A DNA stretch of 64,000 bases from a bacterium. GTDB taxonomy: Bacteria; UBA8248. Below are positions 28,337-38,912 of this stretch, one piece after another. The stretch spans positions 2,624,001 to 2,688,000 of the forward strand of contig CBDBZU010000004.1 in the NCBI GenBank assembly GCA_965213625.1, written 5' to 3'. The notes below the pieces were generated by a model. That model made no database searches, was not told the DNA's origin, and worked only from the letters and a program-made list of their open reading frames with translations. Both the position numbers and the translations under genes were made by a program. Numbering within the stretch: position 1 is the first letter of the stretch; each line of letters starts with the position of its first letter.

Positions 28337-29026
28337 ATGCCTACTATCGTTGACCTTTCACGAGAGATTTACCATCGCACGCCGGCGTATCCGGGCCAGC
28401 CGCCCATTCTGTACGCCGCGTGGAAAAATCATGAAGAAGCTTTCAAGGATTCGGGCAACGTATGGGGGAACGCCCTGAATTTCGTCACCATGCCCGAGCA
28501 CGGCACCACGCATCTCGACGCGCCGCGCCATTTCCACCAGGACGCGCAGCCGATGAACGAATACCCGCTCGAGAACTGCATTGTGCGCGGCATCTGCATC
28601 GATCTACAGCACATCGTGCCCCGGGCGGAAATCACCTCGAGCGACCTCGATGAAGCGGTGAAAAAGACCGGCCTCTCGGCTCCTCAGGGCGGCACCATCC
28701 TGCTTTGCACGGGCCATCATGCCCGCACGTTTCCCACGAAGGCGTATGGAACGGATAATCCGGGCATCAACGTGGAAGCCACCGAATGGCTGGCGGACCA
28801 GGGAATCGTCCATTTCGGCATCGATTCCATGCGTCCCGGTCCCGAAGGAGATATTAACGCCTTGGTGCACAAAACATGCTGGGAGAGGGATATCACGCAT
28901 CTGGAAAGCCTGTGCAACCTCGAAGCGCTGCTGGGCAAGGGTGAGTTCCAGTTCATCTCCCTTCCCCTGAAGTTCCGCGAGGGAACGGGCAGCCCCGTCC
29001 GTGCCGTGGCGGTTCTCGACGATTAG
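28337..29026 (+). CDS. Cyclase-family (kynurenine formamidase-like) metallohydrolase
   Basis: EHGTTHLDAPRH, GIDS, HLE, PLK...GTGSPVRAVA. Confidence 0.88.
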   Translation: MPTIVDLSREIYHRTPAYPGQPPILYAAWKNHEEAFKDSGNVWGNALNFVTMPEHGTTHLDAPRHFHQDAQPMNEYPLENCIVRGICIDLQHIVPRAEITSSDLDEAVKKTGLSAPQGGTILLCTGHHARTFPTKAYGTDNPGINVEATEWLADQGIVHFGIDSMRPGPEGDINALVHKTCWERDITHLESLCNLEALLGKGEFQFISLPLKFREGTGSPVRAVAVLDD

Positions 29027-29035
29027 TCCACGTTC

Positions 29036-29074
29036 CGGGGTCCTTGCCTTTCGGAGGCGAGGACCCCGTTTTTT
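29036..29074 (+). terminator. Intrinsic terminator
   Basis: CGGGGTCCTTGCCT-TTCGG-AGGCGAGGACCCCG-TTTTTT. Confidence 0.8.
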
Positions 29075-29162
29075 CGATTAAATGATCAAAATGTGATAGG
29101 TTAGGAGTCTATCTAAGACATCCGCCCCGGGGAGGGGAATTTTCCAGCCCTCCACCAAGCCT

Positions 29163-29897
29163 ATGCCTGAGTCTCCCAAACCCCGATCTGCGTATGCGCT
29201 CGAATTGGGACGCCGCATCGCGCGAGCGCGTGAGCGCAAGGGATGGAACCGCAACCAGTTGGCGCGCGCCGCAAGAGTCACGTGGGCCAATCTTACCCGT
29301 TACGAGCAGGGCCAAAACGAACCGAGCGCGAGTAAACTGTTTGAAATCGCAAAAGTACTCGACGTGTCCGGCGATTGGTTGCTGGGCCGAACCGGCGCGC
29401 AGGAAATTCCGGGCGTCGGGCCTCTGGACGTCGTTTTGAGCATGAGTGATAACTTGCAGACGCCGGGCAAGGTGAGCGATGCGGAGTTTCGGGCCGTGCC
29501 TTTGGTGTCGGGCTCCATTGCGGCGGGCAGCGCCAGAATCGTTGACGAGCATATCGAAGAATACGCTCTCATCCATGTCTCTCAAATCGCCGGGCGTGGA
29601 GATTTGGTCTCGGTACGGGTTGATAGAGAGATGGGCCGCAGCATGGTTCCCTTGATACAGCCGGGCGCCGTGGTCGTCATCGATCGCCGTGACAAGACGA
29701 TAGTTGCGGATGGGATTTACGCCGTTCGGGATGAATCCGGCGGATGCACGCTCAAGCGGTTGCAGTGGACCCCACCTCGTCTATGGCTGGTGCCGGAGAA
29801 TCGAGAAGAAGTGGTCACCCATATAGATTTGGATGGAGAAGAGCCTGCCGATAGAATCGTGGGCCGCGTCGTCTGGGCCTATCAACCGCTCGTCTGA
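29163..29897 (+). CDS. XRE-HTH plus S24 peptidase repressor (CI/LexA-like)
   Basis: N-terminal HTH (YEQGQNEP), Ala-Gly cleavage site IAAG, catalytic Ser in GRSM and Lys in TLKR, IVGRVV. Confidence 0.85.
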   Translation: MPESPKPRSAYALELGRRIARARERKGWNRNQLARAARVTWANLTRYEQGQNEPSASKLFEIAKVLDVSGDWLLGRTGAQEIPGVGPLDVVLSMSDNLQTPGKVSDAEFRAVPLVSGSIAAGSARIVDEHIEEYALIHVSQIAGRGDLVSVRVDREMGRSMVPLIQPGAVVVIDRRDKTIVADGIYAVRDESGGCTLKRLQWTPPRLWLVPENREEVVTHIDLDGEEPADRIVGRVVWAYQPLV

Positions 29898-29900
29898 GAG

Positions 29901-30905
29901 CTAGGAATCCATCAATTCCTTGCATTTTTCCGTCAGCGCGGGGATGACTTTCTTGTAGTCTCCCACTATGCCGTAGCGCGCGCGCTGGAAGATGGGCGCT
30001 TCGGCGTCCGTGTTGATGGCCACGATGTTCTTGCTTGGTCCTGCGCCGACCATATGCTGCATGGCGCCAGAGATGCCGACGGCGATGTAGAGATTCGGGC
30101 TCACGATCTTGCCTGTCTGGCCCACCTGCATCGGCGTCGGCACCCAGCCGGCGTCGACGGCGGCTCGGCTCGCACCCACAGCCGCCTTGAGAACCTTGGC
30201 GAGTTCCTGGAGGTATTCGAAATTCTCTGGGCCTCCCAGGCCGCGGCCGCCGCTCACGACGATTTCCGCATCTTCTAGACGGACGCCTTCGGCTTCCACC
30301 TTTTTCGCCTCTACGAAATTCATGCGAATCTCGTCGGCATCCACAGAAACGCCGATTTCCATAAATTCGCCCTCACGGCCCTCTTCGATATCCGCCAGCG
30401 GCAGGGCTTTCGCGCGCGTGGACGCTATGGAGAGGGAATCCGTTTTTGAGCGGACGTGGCTGATGGCGCTGCCTCCGTGTACCGGTCGGACGGCGGCGAG
30501 TTTGCCGTTCTCGATCGACAGATCCGTGCAGTCGTGCGCATAGCTGGCGCCATGCCTGAAAGCGAGCCTGGGCGCGACATCCCGCCCCATGGAGGTATTG
30601 GCGACTAACAAGATGTTCGGGTTCTCTTCCGTGATGACGGCGTCGATCACTTTGAGATACGCCGCATTTGTATATCCATCCAGTATATCCGACTCGGCCG
30701 CCAGCACTTTGTCGGCTCCCAGGGCGATGAGTCCTTTCGCCAATTCCTGTGTGCCTGCACCGCCGAGGAGAAGGGCTACCAGGGGACCTCCTTTTTCATC
30801 GGCGAGTTTTCGGCCGATACCGCAAAGTTCACTACTCACGAGCGCGAGTTTGTCTCCCGCGCGCTCGGCCAGAATGAGGACGTTGTTCGACATGGTGTTA
30901 TTCAT
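29901..30905 (-). CDS. etfA: Electron transfer flavoprotein subunit alpha
   Basis: [33 protein letters not shown]. Confidence 0.95.
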   Translation of the reverse strand: MNNTMSNNVLILAERAGDKLALVSSELCGIGRKLADEKGGPLVALLLGGAGTQELAKGLIALGADKVLAAESDILDGYTNAAYLKVIDAVITEENPNILLVANTSMGRDVAPRLAFRHGASYAHDCTDLSIENGKLAAVRPVHGGSAISHVRSKTDSLSIASTRAKALPLADIEEGREGEFMEIGVSVDADEIRMNFVEAKKVEAEGVRLEDAEIVVSGGRGLGGPENFEYLQELAKVLKAAVGASRAAVDAGWVPTPMQVGQTGKIVSPNLYIAVGISGAMQHMVGAGPSKNIVAINTDAEAPIFQRARYGIVGDYKKVIPALTEKCKELMDS

Positions 30906-30911
30906 TCTCCC

Positions 30912-31712
30912 TTAGATAATTTTATCTTCACGAAGGCGGTTCGCCAGAGCGCCGGCTGCTTCTTCGAGTGATTCGCCTTCGATGAATTCACAGTTACCGT
31001 CAAAGACAGGTTTATAAAATTTTGTGACTTCAAATGTAGCCGCCTCTTCGCCGACCGCATCTGGGTCTATTCCGACGTCCGCTAAGCTCCATACGGGAAT
31101 TTGCTTGCGAGACGCCATCAGGATGCCTTTGACCGAGGGCAGGCGAGGCGTGTTGATCTCATTGCTGGCGGTGAGCAGGCAAGGGGTCGATACTTCCACG
31201 ACCTCCACACCGTCTTCCAGGGCGCGTTCGCACCGGATCCCTGCGTCGGTTTTCTCCACTTTCTGAAGCTGGCTTACGCTCGGGAGGTCGAGCGCTTCGG
31301 CGAGGGCGAGGGCTGTGGTTCCATAGCTCCAGTCGCTGCTCAGCCTGCCGCAGAAGATGATGTCGAAGCCAATCAGCTTTTGAATGGCGCTCGCCAGGAT
31401 TCGCGCAGTGGCGAAGGCGTCGGAACCCTCAAAGGCCTCATCTTGAAGCAAGACAGCTTCATCGCACCCCATGGCCAGACATTTCTTCAGGCCGTCTCTG
31501 GCTTTTTCATCGCCCATCGTCATGACGGTGACTTTTCCGCCGTGTTCATCCTTGAGGTTGATGGCCGCCTCGACGGCGTTTTCGCAAAAGCCGTTGATGA
31601 CGGGCGATACGTTCGCGGGAGGGATGACATCCATCTTCTCCTCATCGACCTTGAAGTCGCGGGGAGGAATGTCGGGGTCTTGTACTTGCTTGATGCAGAC
31701 GATGATATCCAA
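30912..31712 (-). CDS. etfB: Electron transfer flavoprotein subunit beta
   Basis: IVCIKQV, AVEAA, LAMGCD, NTPRLPS; TTG start with SD GGAG. Confidence 0.93.
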   Translation of the reverse strand: MDIIVCIKQVQDPDIPPRDFKVDEEKMDVIPPANVSPVINGFCENAVEAAINLKDEHGGKVTVMTMGDEKARDGLKKCLAMGCDEAVLLQDEAFEGSDAFATARILASAIQKLIGFDIIFCGRLSSDWSYGTTALALAEALDLPSVSQLQKVEKTDAGIRCERALEDGVEVVEVSTPCLLTASNEINTPRLPSVKGILMASRKQIPVWSLADVGIDPDAVGEEAATFEVTKFYKPVFDGNCEFIEGESLEEAAGALANRLREDKII

Positions 31713-32005
31713 AGGATTGATTCTCCTTGTTTTGCTAGTTCAAGTCTGTCATGGTCGCTTGAGACGCTCGGATGTATTCTGAATCGACAAACGAGACGGC
31801 CTAAAAATAATGAGATGGCGGCGATGCGTCAACCGAGCAAGGCGATTTTCCTGATTTTCCGCGTTACAGTAAAATTTGGTTTCTCTTTCACGTTTGACAC
31901 CCCCCAGAATCCAAGCGATAAGATGAAAAAGTCTGGTAGGAGCATGGAACTTTCCTATAAACGATCTTTTCAGCGTGTTTCCAGCTTGGATTAGAGGATT
32001 CCCCT

Positions 32006-33097
32006 ATGTCAGAAGCAACCGAAGCCCAGATTCTAGAGGCTCTGAAGAAGGTGCGAGACCCCGAAGTCGGAAAAGATCTCGTGAGCCTCAATATGATCAA
32101 GGAAGTTCAGATTTGTGGAGATGCAGTCGCCTTCACATTGCAGCTCACCACCCCGGCGCATCCGCGCAAAGAAGAATTCGAACAGGAGTGCAAGTTGGCC
32201 GTGGGCTCATTGAAAAACGTGAATTCGGTGAACGTGCGGGTGACGAGCCACGTCACCGCGCGGCCATCGATGGCGGGCAAGATGGACGTCGAGGGCGTGA
32301 AGAACATCGTCGCCATAGCGAGCGGGAAGGGCGGCGTGGGCAAATCGACCGTGGCGGTGAACATGGCGCTGGCGCTCAGTACGGAAGGCGCGAAGGTGGG
32401 TATATTGGACGCCGATATTTACGGGCCGAGCCAGCCTCTGATGCTCGGGATCCCCACTGCGCGGCCCATCGCAGAGGATGGGAACAAGATACGGCCCCTG
32501 GAGGCGCATGGGCTTAAGGTCATGTCGATGGGATTTCTGGTCGATGAGGACAGCCCCGTTATCTGGCGCGGCCCCATGGTCATGCGCGCTCTCGTGCAGT
32601 TTCTGAGCGAGACGATTTGGGGGGAGCTCGACTATCTTATCCTGGACCTGCCTCCCGGCACCGGCGACGCGCAACTGACCATCGTTCAGCAGGTGTCCCT
32701 GGCGGGCGCCGTTATTGTCAGCACGCCTCAGGACATCGCTTTGCTCGATGCGCGCAAGGGTCTTCAGATGTTCAGAAAAACCGACGTTCCCATCCTCGGG
32801 ATCATCGAAAACATGAGCTATTACCTGTGTCCCGAGTGCGGCCATCGCGAAAACATCTTCGATACGGGAGGCGGGGAGAAGGCCTCCCAGCGCTATGAAG
32901 TCCCGTTTCTGGGCGCCATTCCACTCGACATCAAGGTAAGGCTGGGGGGAGACTTCGGCATGCCCGTCGTAGCGGGGGAGCCGCATCATCCTACGGCCAG
33001 GGCGTTTCGCGAGTCGGCCAGAAAAGTGGCCGAGCAGGTGGCTATAGCCAATGCATCCGGGCCCATTTCGGTGCCTGAACTCAAGATCATCGGGTAG
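32006..33097 (+). CDS. mrp: Mrp/ApbC Fe-S cluster carrier ATPase
   Basis: SGKGGVGKST, DADIYGPS, WRGPM, DLPPGTGD, ENMS..CPEC. Confidence 0.95.
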   Translation: MSEATEAQILEALKKVRDPEVGKDLVSLNMIKEVQICGDAVAFTLQLTTPAHPRKEEFEQECKLAVGSLKNVNSVNVRVTSHVTARPSMAGKMDVEGVKNIVAIASGKGGVGKSTVAVNMALALSTEGAKVGILDADIYGPSQPLMLGIPTARPIAEDGNKIRPLEAHGLKVMSMGFLVDEDSPVIWRGPMVMRALVQFLSETIWGELDYLILDLPPGTGDAQLTIVQQVSLAGAVIVSTPQDIALLDARKGLQMFRKTDVPILGIIENMSYYLCPECGHRENIFDTGGGEKASQRYEVPFLGAIPLDIKVRLGGDFGMPVVAGEPHHPTARAFRESARKVAEQVAIANASGPISVPELKIIG

Positions 33098-33253
33098 AAG
33101 AGTTAGTAATTGGGTCGTCCCCATGCGGGAAACCTCGGTCCGCAATTCCGGCGAGGATCTGTGAATTATCTTTGAGCCCATCGGCCGCTTTGTTCTGTAA
33201 CATCGCTTTTCATCCGCGAGGCGAGCGGCCGATTTTCATCTGAGGATTTAATC

Positions 33254-34201
33254 ATGGCGAAAGTTGTGTTGGTAGATCCGCTTTATTCGACGCCTGCGTG
33301 GAACGTGGCTCCCGACTGGCTGGGCGCGGAGCACGAAATCGTAGCGCCGGCAGAATATACCCCGGAGGCCATAAATCCGCTGCTGCCTGAAGTGGAGGGC
33401 ATTCTGACGGTATTTCGGCCCGTCTCGCCCGAGATGATGGACATGGCGCCGAATCTCAAAGTGGTGGCAAAACCGGGTGCGGGCGTGGACAACATCGACG
33501 TCGATGCGGCCAACGAGCGCGGCGTCATGGTCTGCAACGTCGAGGGCGTACGTGGTCGCTCCGTGGCGGAGCACGCTTTTTTCCTGGCGCTCTATGTCGC
33601 ACGACATGCCTGGATGCAGGATCAGCAGGAAACCTGGGAGCACATGCCCGCTGTGCAACTGGGCGGCAAATCGCTCGGCATCGTGGGTCTTGGCGACATC
33701 GGCAGGAGGGCGGCGCGCATCGGCCATGGTTTCGGGATGGAGTTGCTCATCAACACGCGGACGGAAGACCCCGCCTACGTGCCCGAGGCGAAGCTTGAGT
33801 TCATGTCTTTCGATGCCCTCTTGCCGCGCGCCGATTTCCTGATTCTGTGCATGCCCCTGGCTCCGGAGATGCGGGGCATCATGAACAAGGATAATTTCCT
33901 GAAAATGAAGCCCGACGCCATTTTCATCAACGTTTCCAGGGGGCCCGCCGTCGTGAGCGACGACCTTCTGGAGGTGATGCGCGGCGGCCACCTCGCAGGC
34001 GCGGGGCTCGACGTCACCGATCCTGAGCCTCTGCCCAAGGATCATGGCCTGTGGGGGCTTGAGAACGTGATTATCAGCCCGCACCACGCTTCGCGGACGC
34101 CCGAGACGCAGGTCGCCGCCATGGAGCGCACGGCGGAGAACATGCGTCTGGCCCTGGCCGGCCAAAAACCCACGAACATCGTGAATCCAGGGGTCATCTA
34201 A
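33254..34201 (+). CDS. D-2-hydroxyacid dehydrogenase family
   Basis: GAGVDNID, GIVGLGDIG, INVSRG, LDVTDPEP, SPHHA. Confidence 0.9.
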   Translation: MAKVVLVDPLYSTPAWNVAPDWLGAEHEIVAPAEYTPEAINPLLPEVEGILTVFRPVSPEMMDMAPNLKVVAKPGAGVDNIDVDAANERGVMVCNVEGVRGRSVAEHAFFLALYVARHAWMQDQQETWEHMPAVQLGGKSLGIVGLGDIGRRAARIGHGFGMELLINTRTEDPAYVPEAKLEFMSFDALLPRADFLILCMPLAPEMRGIMNKDNFLKMKPDAIFINVSRGPAVVSDDLLEVMRGGHLAGAGLDVTDPEPLPKDHGLWGLENVIISPHHASRTPETQVAAMERTAENMRLALAGQKPTNIVNPGVI

Positions 34202-34256
34202 TCGATTTCCCCTTGCGCCGGACAGGTCGATGGGGGCTGGCCGGGTCGGAGTGTGA

Positions 34257-35114
34257 ATGCCGTTCGAACTGGTCGCCCTGAGCCCGGCTGTCTTCTTCGC
34301 CCTCTCAAGCATCATGACCAAGCGAGGGCTGGACGGCAGCACGCCCCACACGGGAAGCCTGGTCGTTCTCATCATGCAGGTTGTCTTCTTCTCCTCCTGC
34401 CTGGTGGTGGTGGATTTCTCCCGCATATCGCTCTCGGTCCATTGGCTCGCCTTTCTGGCGGCGGGGATTTCCTCGCCTGCGCTGTCCCTGATGTTCCTGT
34501 TTCGCTCGATTCAGAGAATCGGCGTCGCCTCCACGAGTCCCATCTCGAATACCCACCCGATTTTCGGGGCGTTCTGGGCCTTTCTGGTGCTCGGAGAACG
34601 CCCGCCCGCCGTCGTGTGGGCGGGAATCCTCGTCGTCGTGGCTGGTGTCTACATTATGTCGAGCGGAGGAGGACCGCTCGCCAGAGGCCGGGTACTGTTG
34701 TTGCCGTTTACCGCGGCGGCTTTTATGGGGCTCGCCCATACGTTCAGGAAAATGGGGCTGGGAGGGATGGAATCCCTTGTTTTTGGGGGGTTTCTGCAAT
34801 CCGTCTCGGCATGCGCCCTGGGCCCGCTGATCCTGAAAGTGAGCACCGGGTGGCGTCCGTTCGTATTCAACAGGTCCTCGCTCACGAATTTCATCCTGGC
34901 GGGACTTGCGATGGCCGCCGCCCAGTTGTGCCTGATGGCCGCCCTGAGCTTAGGAGAAGTATCGCGCGTCACGCCCCTGGTGGCGACGGTGCCGCTCTTC
35001 ATGCTCGTGCTGGCGCCCCTGTTACTGGGGAAGCGCGAGAAAATCACCCTGCGCATCGTCCTGGGCGTGCTCATCACGGTGGCGGGGGTGATTCTGGTGA
35101 CGGCGCTGCGCTAG
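34257..35114 (+). CDS. DMT/EamA-family transporter
   Basis: About 10 hydrophobic segments; LVLGERP and GEVSRVTPL motifs. Confidence 0.85.
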   Translation: MPFELVALSPAVFFALSSIMTKRGLDGSTPHTGSLVVLIMQVVFFSSCLVVVDFSRISLSVHWLAFLAAGISSPALSLMFLFRSIQRIGVASTSPISNTHPIFGAFWAFLVLGERPPAVVWAGILVVVAGVYIMSSGGGPLARGRVLLLPFTAAAFMGLAHTFRKMGLGGMESLVFGGFLQSVSACALGPLILKVSTGWRPFVFNRSSLTNFILAGLAMAAAQLCLMAALSLGEVSRVTPLVATVPLFMLVLAPLLLGKREKITLRIVLGVLITVAGVILVTALR

Positions 35115-35278
35115 CCCGCAATTCCGCGCAATTGCCGTCATGGCGGAACGCGCGGCCCATGGCAGAATTCCCCTGCGCCCGGATTCCGCGGCGTCATTTC
35201 CCAATAAAATCAATTGCCGGGTATTTACCGATAAACCCCGTGAATTTATCGATATTTATCGAATTTTTCAGATATAAA

Positions 35279-35326
35279 ACCCGACCGATGAGCGAGGGTT
35301 TGACCCGACCGATGAGCGAGGGTTTG
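35279..35326. repeat. 24-bp exact tandem duplication
   Basis: ACCCGACCGATGAGCGAGGGTTTG at 35279-35302 and 35303-35326. Confidence 0.9.
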
Positions 35327-35580
35327 CGGATACCGGACAATCCGATTGGCTTCCCCATCATACCCGCTCTCACTCCCGCGCCCGCCGCCGCAGATGCGGA
35401 CAAATGCGCGTCCCGGCCTCGTGGATACCGAAACCGGACACCCCACCGAATAGAAACCGCGTTACGCGCAAACCTTTCAGGATACTTCCGTCCGCTCCCC
35501 TCACGCCACGGCAAATGCGGGCTATTGCGCGTGGGCTTCGAGCGAAGAGGTCGAACTCGAGCGGGGAGGGGGTACGTCGT

Positions 35581-35660
35581 GACAGGCCCCCGCGTCTGTC
35601 CGAAGTCGCTACAAGAGGCGGTGCGGTCTTGTTTGTCACTCCGGCGAGAGCCGGAATGAC
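35581..35660. repeat. Two REP-like palindromes
   Basis: GACAGGCCCCCGCGTCTGTCCG and GTCACTCCGGCGAGAGCCGGAATGAC, same families and order as at 1538-1650. Confidence 0.6.
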
Positions 35661-35953
35661 GGTGTTGTGGTTCGGCCTCGACGGATGCGAAGTGGAATCG
35701 CAGGCAGTCCCGGGCATCGATTCAGACCAAGGTGGAGAAATCCGCGCGCCTCATCCCGCGTCGTCTGGGCGGCGTTGATCCCGAAGGCCATTTATGAAAC
35801 CTTGGAATCTCCCGAGGGATTCATGGAGTCCTGGTTTCAAGTCCGGCGAAGGCCGGTTGACGAGGAGAGGTAAGAGACGCCGCGATGCATGCGGCTTGAT
35901 ATCTTGATTCATTTGCCGCCGGGCGGGCGGCCCCATTTGCGAAAGGAGTGGAC

Positions 35954-36247
35954 ATGGGCGCATACGTGGTCGGACACATCACCGTCAAGGACGAAGAGGG
36001 ATTCAACAATTACGCCGAGCAGGGCCTCGCTATCGTCGCCTCCGTCGGGGGCGAGGTGGCGGCGAGCGGACAGCTCGTTAAGGTGCTCACCGGCGAGCAC
36101 GACAGGCAGATGTTCGTTCTCCTGAAATTCCCCGACCAGGAGGCGGTGGAGAAATGGTATTATTCGGACGGCTACCAGGCCCTGATTCCCGGCCGCAACG
36201 AGGCGGTGGACATCACCTTCATCTCCTACGACGAGCCGGAGGAGTAG
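35954..36247 (+). CDS. DUF1330-family protein
   Basis: AYVVGHITVKD...Y...GG...L.FPD.EA...WY.S..YQ pattern. Confidence 0.8.
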   Translation: MGAYVVGHITVKDEEGFNNYAEQGLAIVASVGGEVAASGQLVKVLTGEHDRQMFVLLKFPDQEAVEKWYYSDGYQALIPGRNEAVDITFISYDEPEE

Positions 36248-36382
36248 GCGTTTGAGGAGGGGGGAGCGGGGAAGTACCTTCTAAAGATGATCTGCTGACA
36301 TTTACGATATTGATGCGCTAATGCCAAAGCATAGCAAGTGTTATACTACAGAATGGACTCGTGTTTTGTTCGGAGGGCGCAA

Positions 36383-37441
36383 GTGGCTGATGTAGTGAAG
36401 CAGAGTTTTCCCGGTGGTTCTCGAAAGAGAGTTAATAGAGCTGGAGAACAAGTTCGGAGAGGTGCCCCGGCATCTGAAGATCTTGAGGTAATTGAGACAT
36501 GGAGAACTGCTCACCGCCCAGTGATTAACTCATTCAACTCTCTTCTTCGGATGCTGATTAGTCGTACAGGTAAAACTGGAATCGTTGTGGCTCAAAGGCA
36601 CAAACGGGCACGTACTATCATCGATAAGCTAAAGAGATTCCCTAAAATGCAATTGAGCCGCATGGATGATGTGGCGGGGTGTCGCTTGATATTTGAAAAT
36701 ATCGAGGAACTAGAAGAATTTCGTGAGAGTATTCACAAAGCGAAATTTAATCATAAGAGAAAGAATGACAGTGACAAATACGATTATATAGAAAATCCAA
36801 AATTGAGTGGATATCGTGGAATTCATGATGTCTACGAGTACAATGTAAGATCGGCAGCCGGTCAAGCTTACAAAGGACTGTTAATTGAATTGCAGTACCG
36901 TACGTTCCCACAACACGCTTGGGCGACATGTGTAGAATTGGTCGGATTTCTTGCTGGCAACCAGCCAAAGTTTGATCGTGGTGATGAGCAATATCGTAAC
37001 ATTCTCAGGTTAGCAAGTGAGATTATTGCTCGTTCAGCGGAAAATCTTAAGTCGAGCTTGCCTGATTTAAGCAACGAAGAAGTAGTCAAGCAATTTTTGG
37101 AATTTGATAACAAGCTGAGATTTATGCACAGGTTACGTGCTCTGAACGCTGAGGAACAATCGCATTCGAACTACAAGAATTTCATTCTAATATTTGAAGA
37201 AGAGGGGGATACTCCACTTGAAATTCTGTCATTTCGATATGCAACGGATGCGTTGAAAAGATTGTTCGAGCTTGAAAGTGAGCAGTCCGGTCGGGATATC
37301 GTTTTGGTGAGGGGTGATACAGCAGAGGACATCCGTGAAGCATTCAAGAACTATTTTTCTGACGCACGCAACTTTGTTGAGTTAATCGAGAAAGGTTGCG
37401 AAGAACTCTCTGTCCAGTTTCTATGGCCAGAGTTCAAATAA
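36383..37441 (+). CDS. Stand-alone RelA/SpoT synthetase-domain protein (small-alarmone-synthetase-like), low GC
   Basis: AQRHKR, MDDVAGCR, SGYRGIH, IELQYRT..QHAWA; no HD, TGS or ACT domain. GTG start after GGAGG (the ORF could start at 36338). Confidence 0.82.
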   Translation: MADVVKQSFPGGSRKRVNRAGEQVRRGAPASEDLEVIETWRTAHRPVINSFNSLLRMLISRTGKTGIVVAQRHKRARTIIDKLKRFPKMQLSRMDDVAGCRLIFENIEELEEFRESIHKAKFNHKRKNDSDKYDYIENPKLSGYRGIHDVYEYNVRSAAGQAYKGLLIELQYRTFPQHAWATCVELVGFLAGNQPKFDRGDEQYRNILRLASEIIARSAENLKSSLPDLSNEEVVKQFLEFDNKLRFMHRLRALNAEEQSHSNYKNFILIFEEEGDTPLEILSFRYATDALKRLFELESEQSGRDIVLVRGDTAEDIREAFKNYFSDARNFVELIEKGCEELSVQFLWPEFK

Positions 37442-37590
37442 CAGCTACTATTTGCATTCTGAAGTCGAGTTCATACTAATTTTCATGTACATTTGGGATA
37501 TGGCATTAACCGAAGTTTCTGGTGCTATAATACGGATCATAGTGCTATCACGGTGACCGACTTGACTTCTCTAGCGTAGAATCTGAGGAC

Positions 37591-38221
37591 ATGAAACCTC
37601 TCTATCCCGACCTGTGGCAGACCGGCCGAGGAAAAACAGTTCGGCGTCCTCACCGTTCACGCCTATCTGCTCGAACGCCCGGAAGGCAACGTCCTCTTCT
37701 ACAACCCGAGAAGTTCAGGCGATTTCGAGGAGATGAGCGAGCGGGGCGGTGTTGCGCATCACTGCCTGAGCCATTGCCACGAGGTGGACGAGTCGCTCGC
37801 AGATGCGGCCGGGCGATTCGGCTCGAAACTGTGCTGCCACGCGCTCGTCGCGCCCTACCTCCCCGAGACGGTTTCCGCAGACGTGGCTTTCGATTCTCCC
37901 CCGCGCGAGTTTCTCTCAGGCGACATCGAGGTGCTTCATACGCCGTGCCACACGAATAACAGCGTGTGCTACCGCTACCGCTCGCCCCATGGCAAGACGT
38001 ACCTCTTCACGGGCGACGCGATCTATCTGGATGGTGGAGAGTGGAAGACCATCATCGTCGCCGACGACGGAGGCGATGAGGCGGAGATGGCGAGCAGCCT
38101 CGCAACGCTCCGGGAACTGGAAATCGACGTCGTGATCTGCAGCGTCTCCGTTGGCGAGATGCGAATCGTGGAAGTCACGCCAGCGGAGTGGCGAAGGGTT
38201 ATTGACGGGTTGCTTGGGTAG
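37591..38221 (+). pseudogene. MBL-fold metallo-hydrolase, frameshifted near codon 11-13
   Basis: MKPLYPDLWQT continues as EEKQFGVLTVHAYLLERPEGNVLFYN...LSHCHE...HTPCHT...LFTGD only after removing 1 nt at about 37621-37628. Confidence 0.72.
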
Positions 38222-38267
38222 GAAATGTAAATTTATATAGGAACAATACCAAGGAGGTTGAAACACT

Positions 38268-38738
38268 GTGCAACGCAAATTCAAAGCGCTAATTAGTAAG
38301 CTTGATTCAACTTTTCAAAAACTCAAAAAAATGCCACCCGTGCATCATGGCAACTTGCCGAAAAATATGCCGCTATCAGGTGTTTATCTATTCACTGTAG
38401 GAAAAAAGCACCTTTATGTCGGGCGCTCAAGGAACATCCGAAACCGCTATGGACAGCACCATAGGCCGAGTTCGAGTCACAATAAAGCACCCTTTGCATT
38501 TCTTCTTGCACGAAAAACGACTGGACGAACCCAAGCAAGCTATGATTCAGGGGTTGGTAGTCGGGAGGCTCTAATGCAAGATGAACATTTCAAAAAGGCG
38601 TTTGACGATGCGAAAGCGCGCATAAGAAAAATGGACTTCCGCTACATAGAAGAAAAAGATCCAACCCGGCAGGCGTTGTTAGAAATATACTGCGCCGTTG
38701 TATTAAAGACGCCATATAATAATTTTATGACACATTAG
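38268..38738 (+). CDS. GIY-YIG nuclease-like protein, low GC
   Basis: GVYLF...LYVGRSRNIRNR...H, late E (ALLEIY) and PYN; SD AGGAGG. Confidence 0.75.
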   Translation: MQRKFKALISKLDSTFQKLKKMPPVHHGNLPKNMPLSGVYLFTVGKKHLYVGRSRNIRNRYGQHHRPSSSHNKAPFAFLLARKTTGRTQASYDSGVGSREALMQDEHFKKAFDDAKARIRKMDFRYIEEKDPTRQALLEIYCAVVLKTPYNNFMTH

Positions 38739-38912
38739 TTTTGTTTAATCAAAATTTGGATAGTGAAGCGTGCTACGTCGGTCAAAACGAGGAACGTGAT
38801 AACGGACTGAAGTGATGCGTTAGCATATTAGGTTCGTGTTCAGAAGCGGCTTCCGCAAACTTAGAAACTCCGCAGTTCAGAGTGATCCCAACATGACTTC
38901 ACAAGCCAGATA

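Noticed and set aside
29075-29900. Prophage around the CI-like gene
   Set aside because: The neighbours are metabolic genes, and no phage genes are visible.
35279-35326. CRISPR array
   Set aside because: Only two adjacent copies, no spacer and no cas genes.
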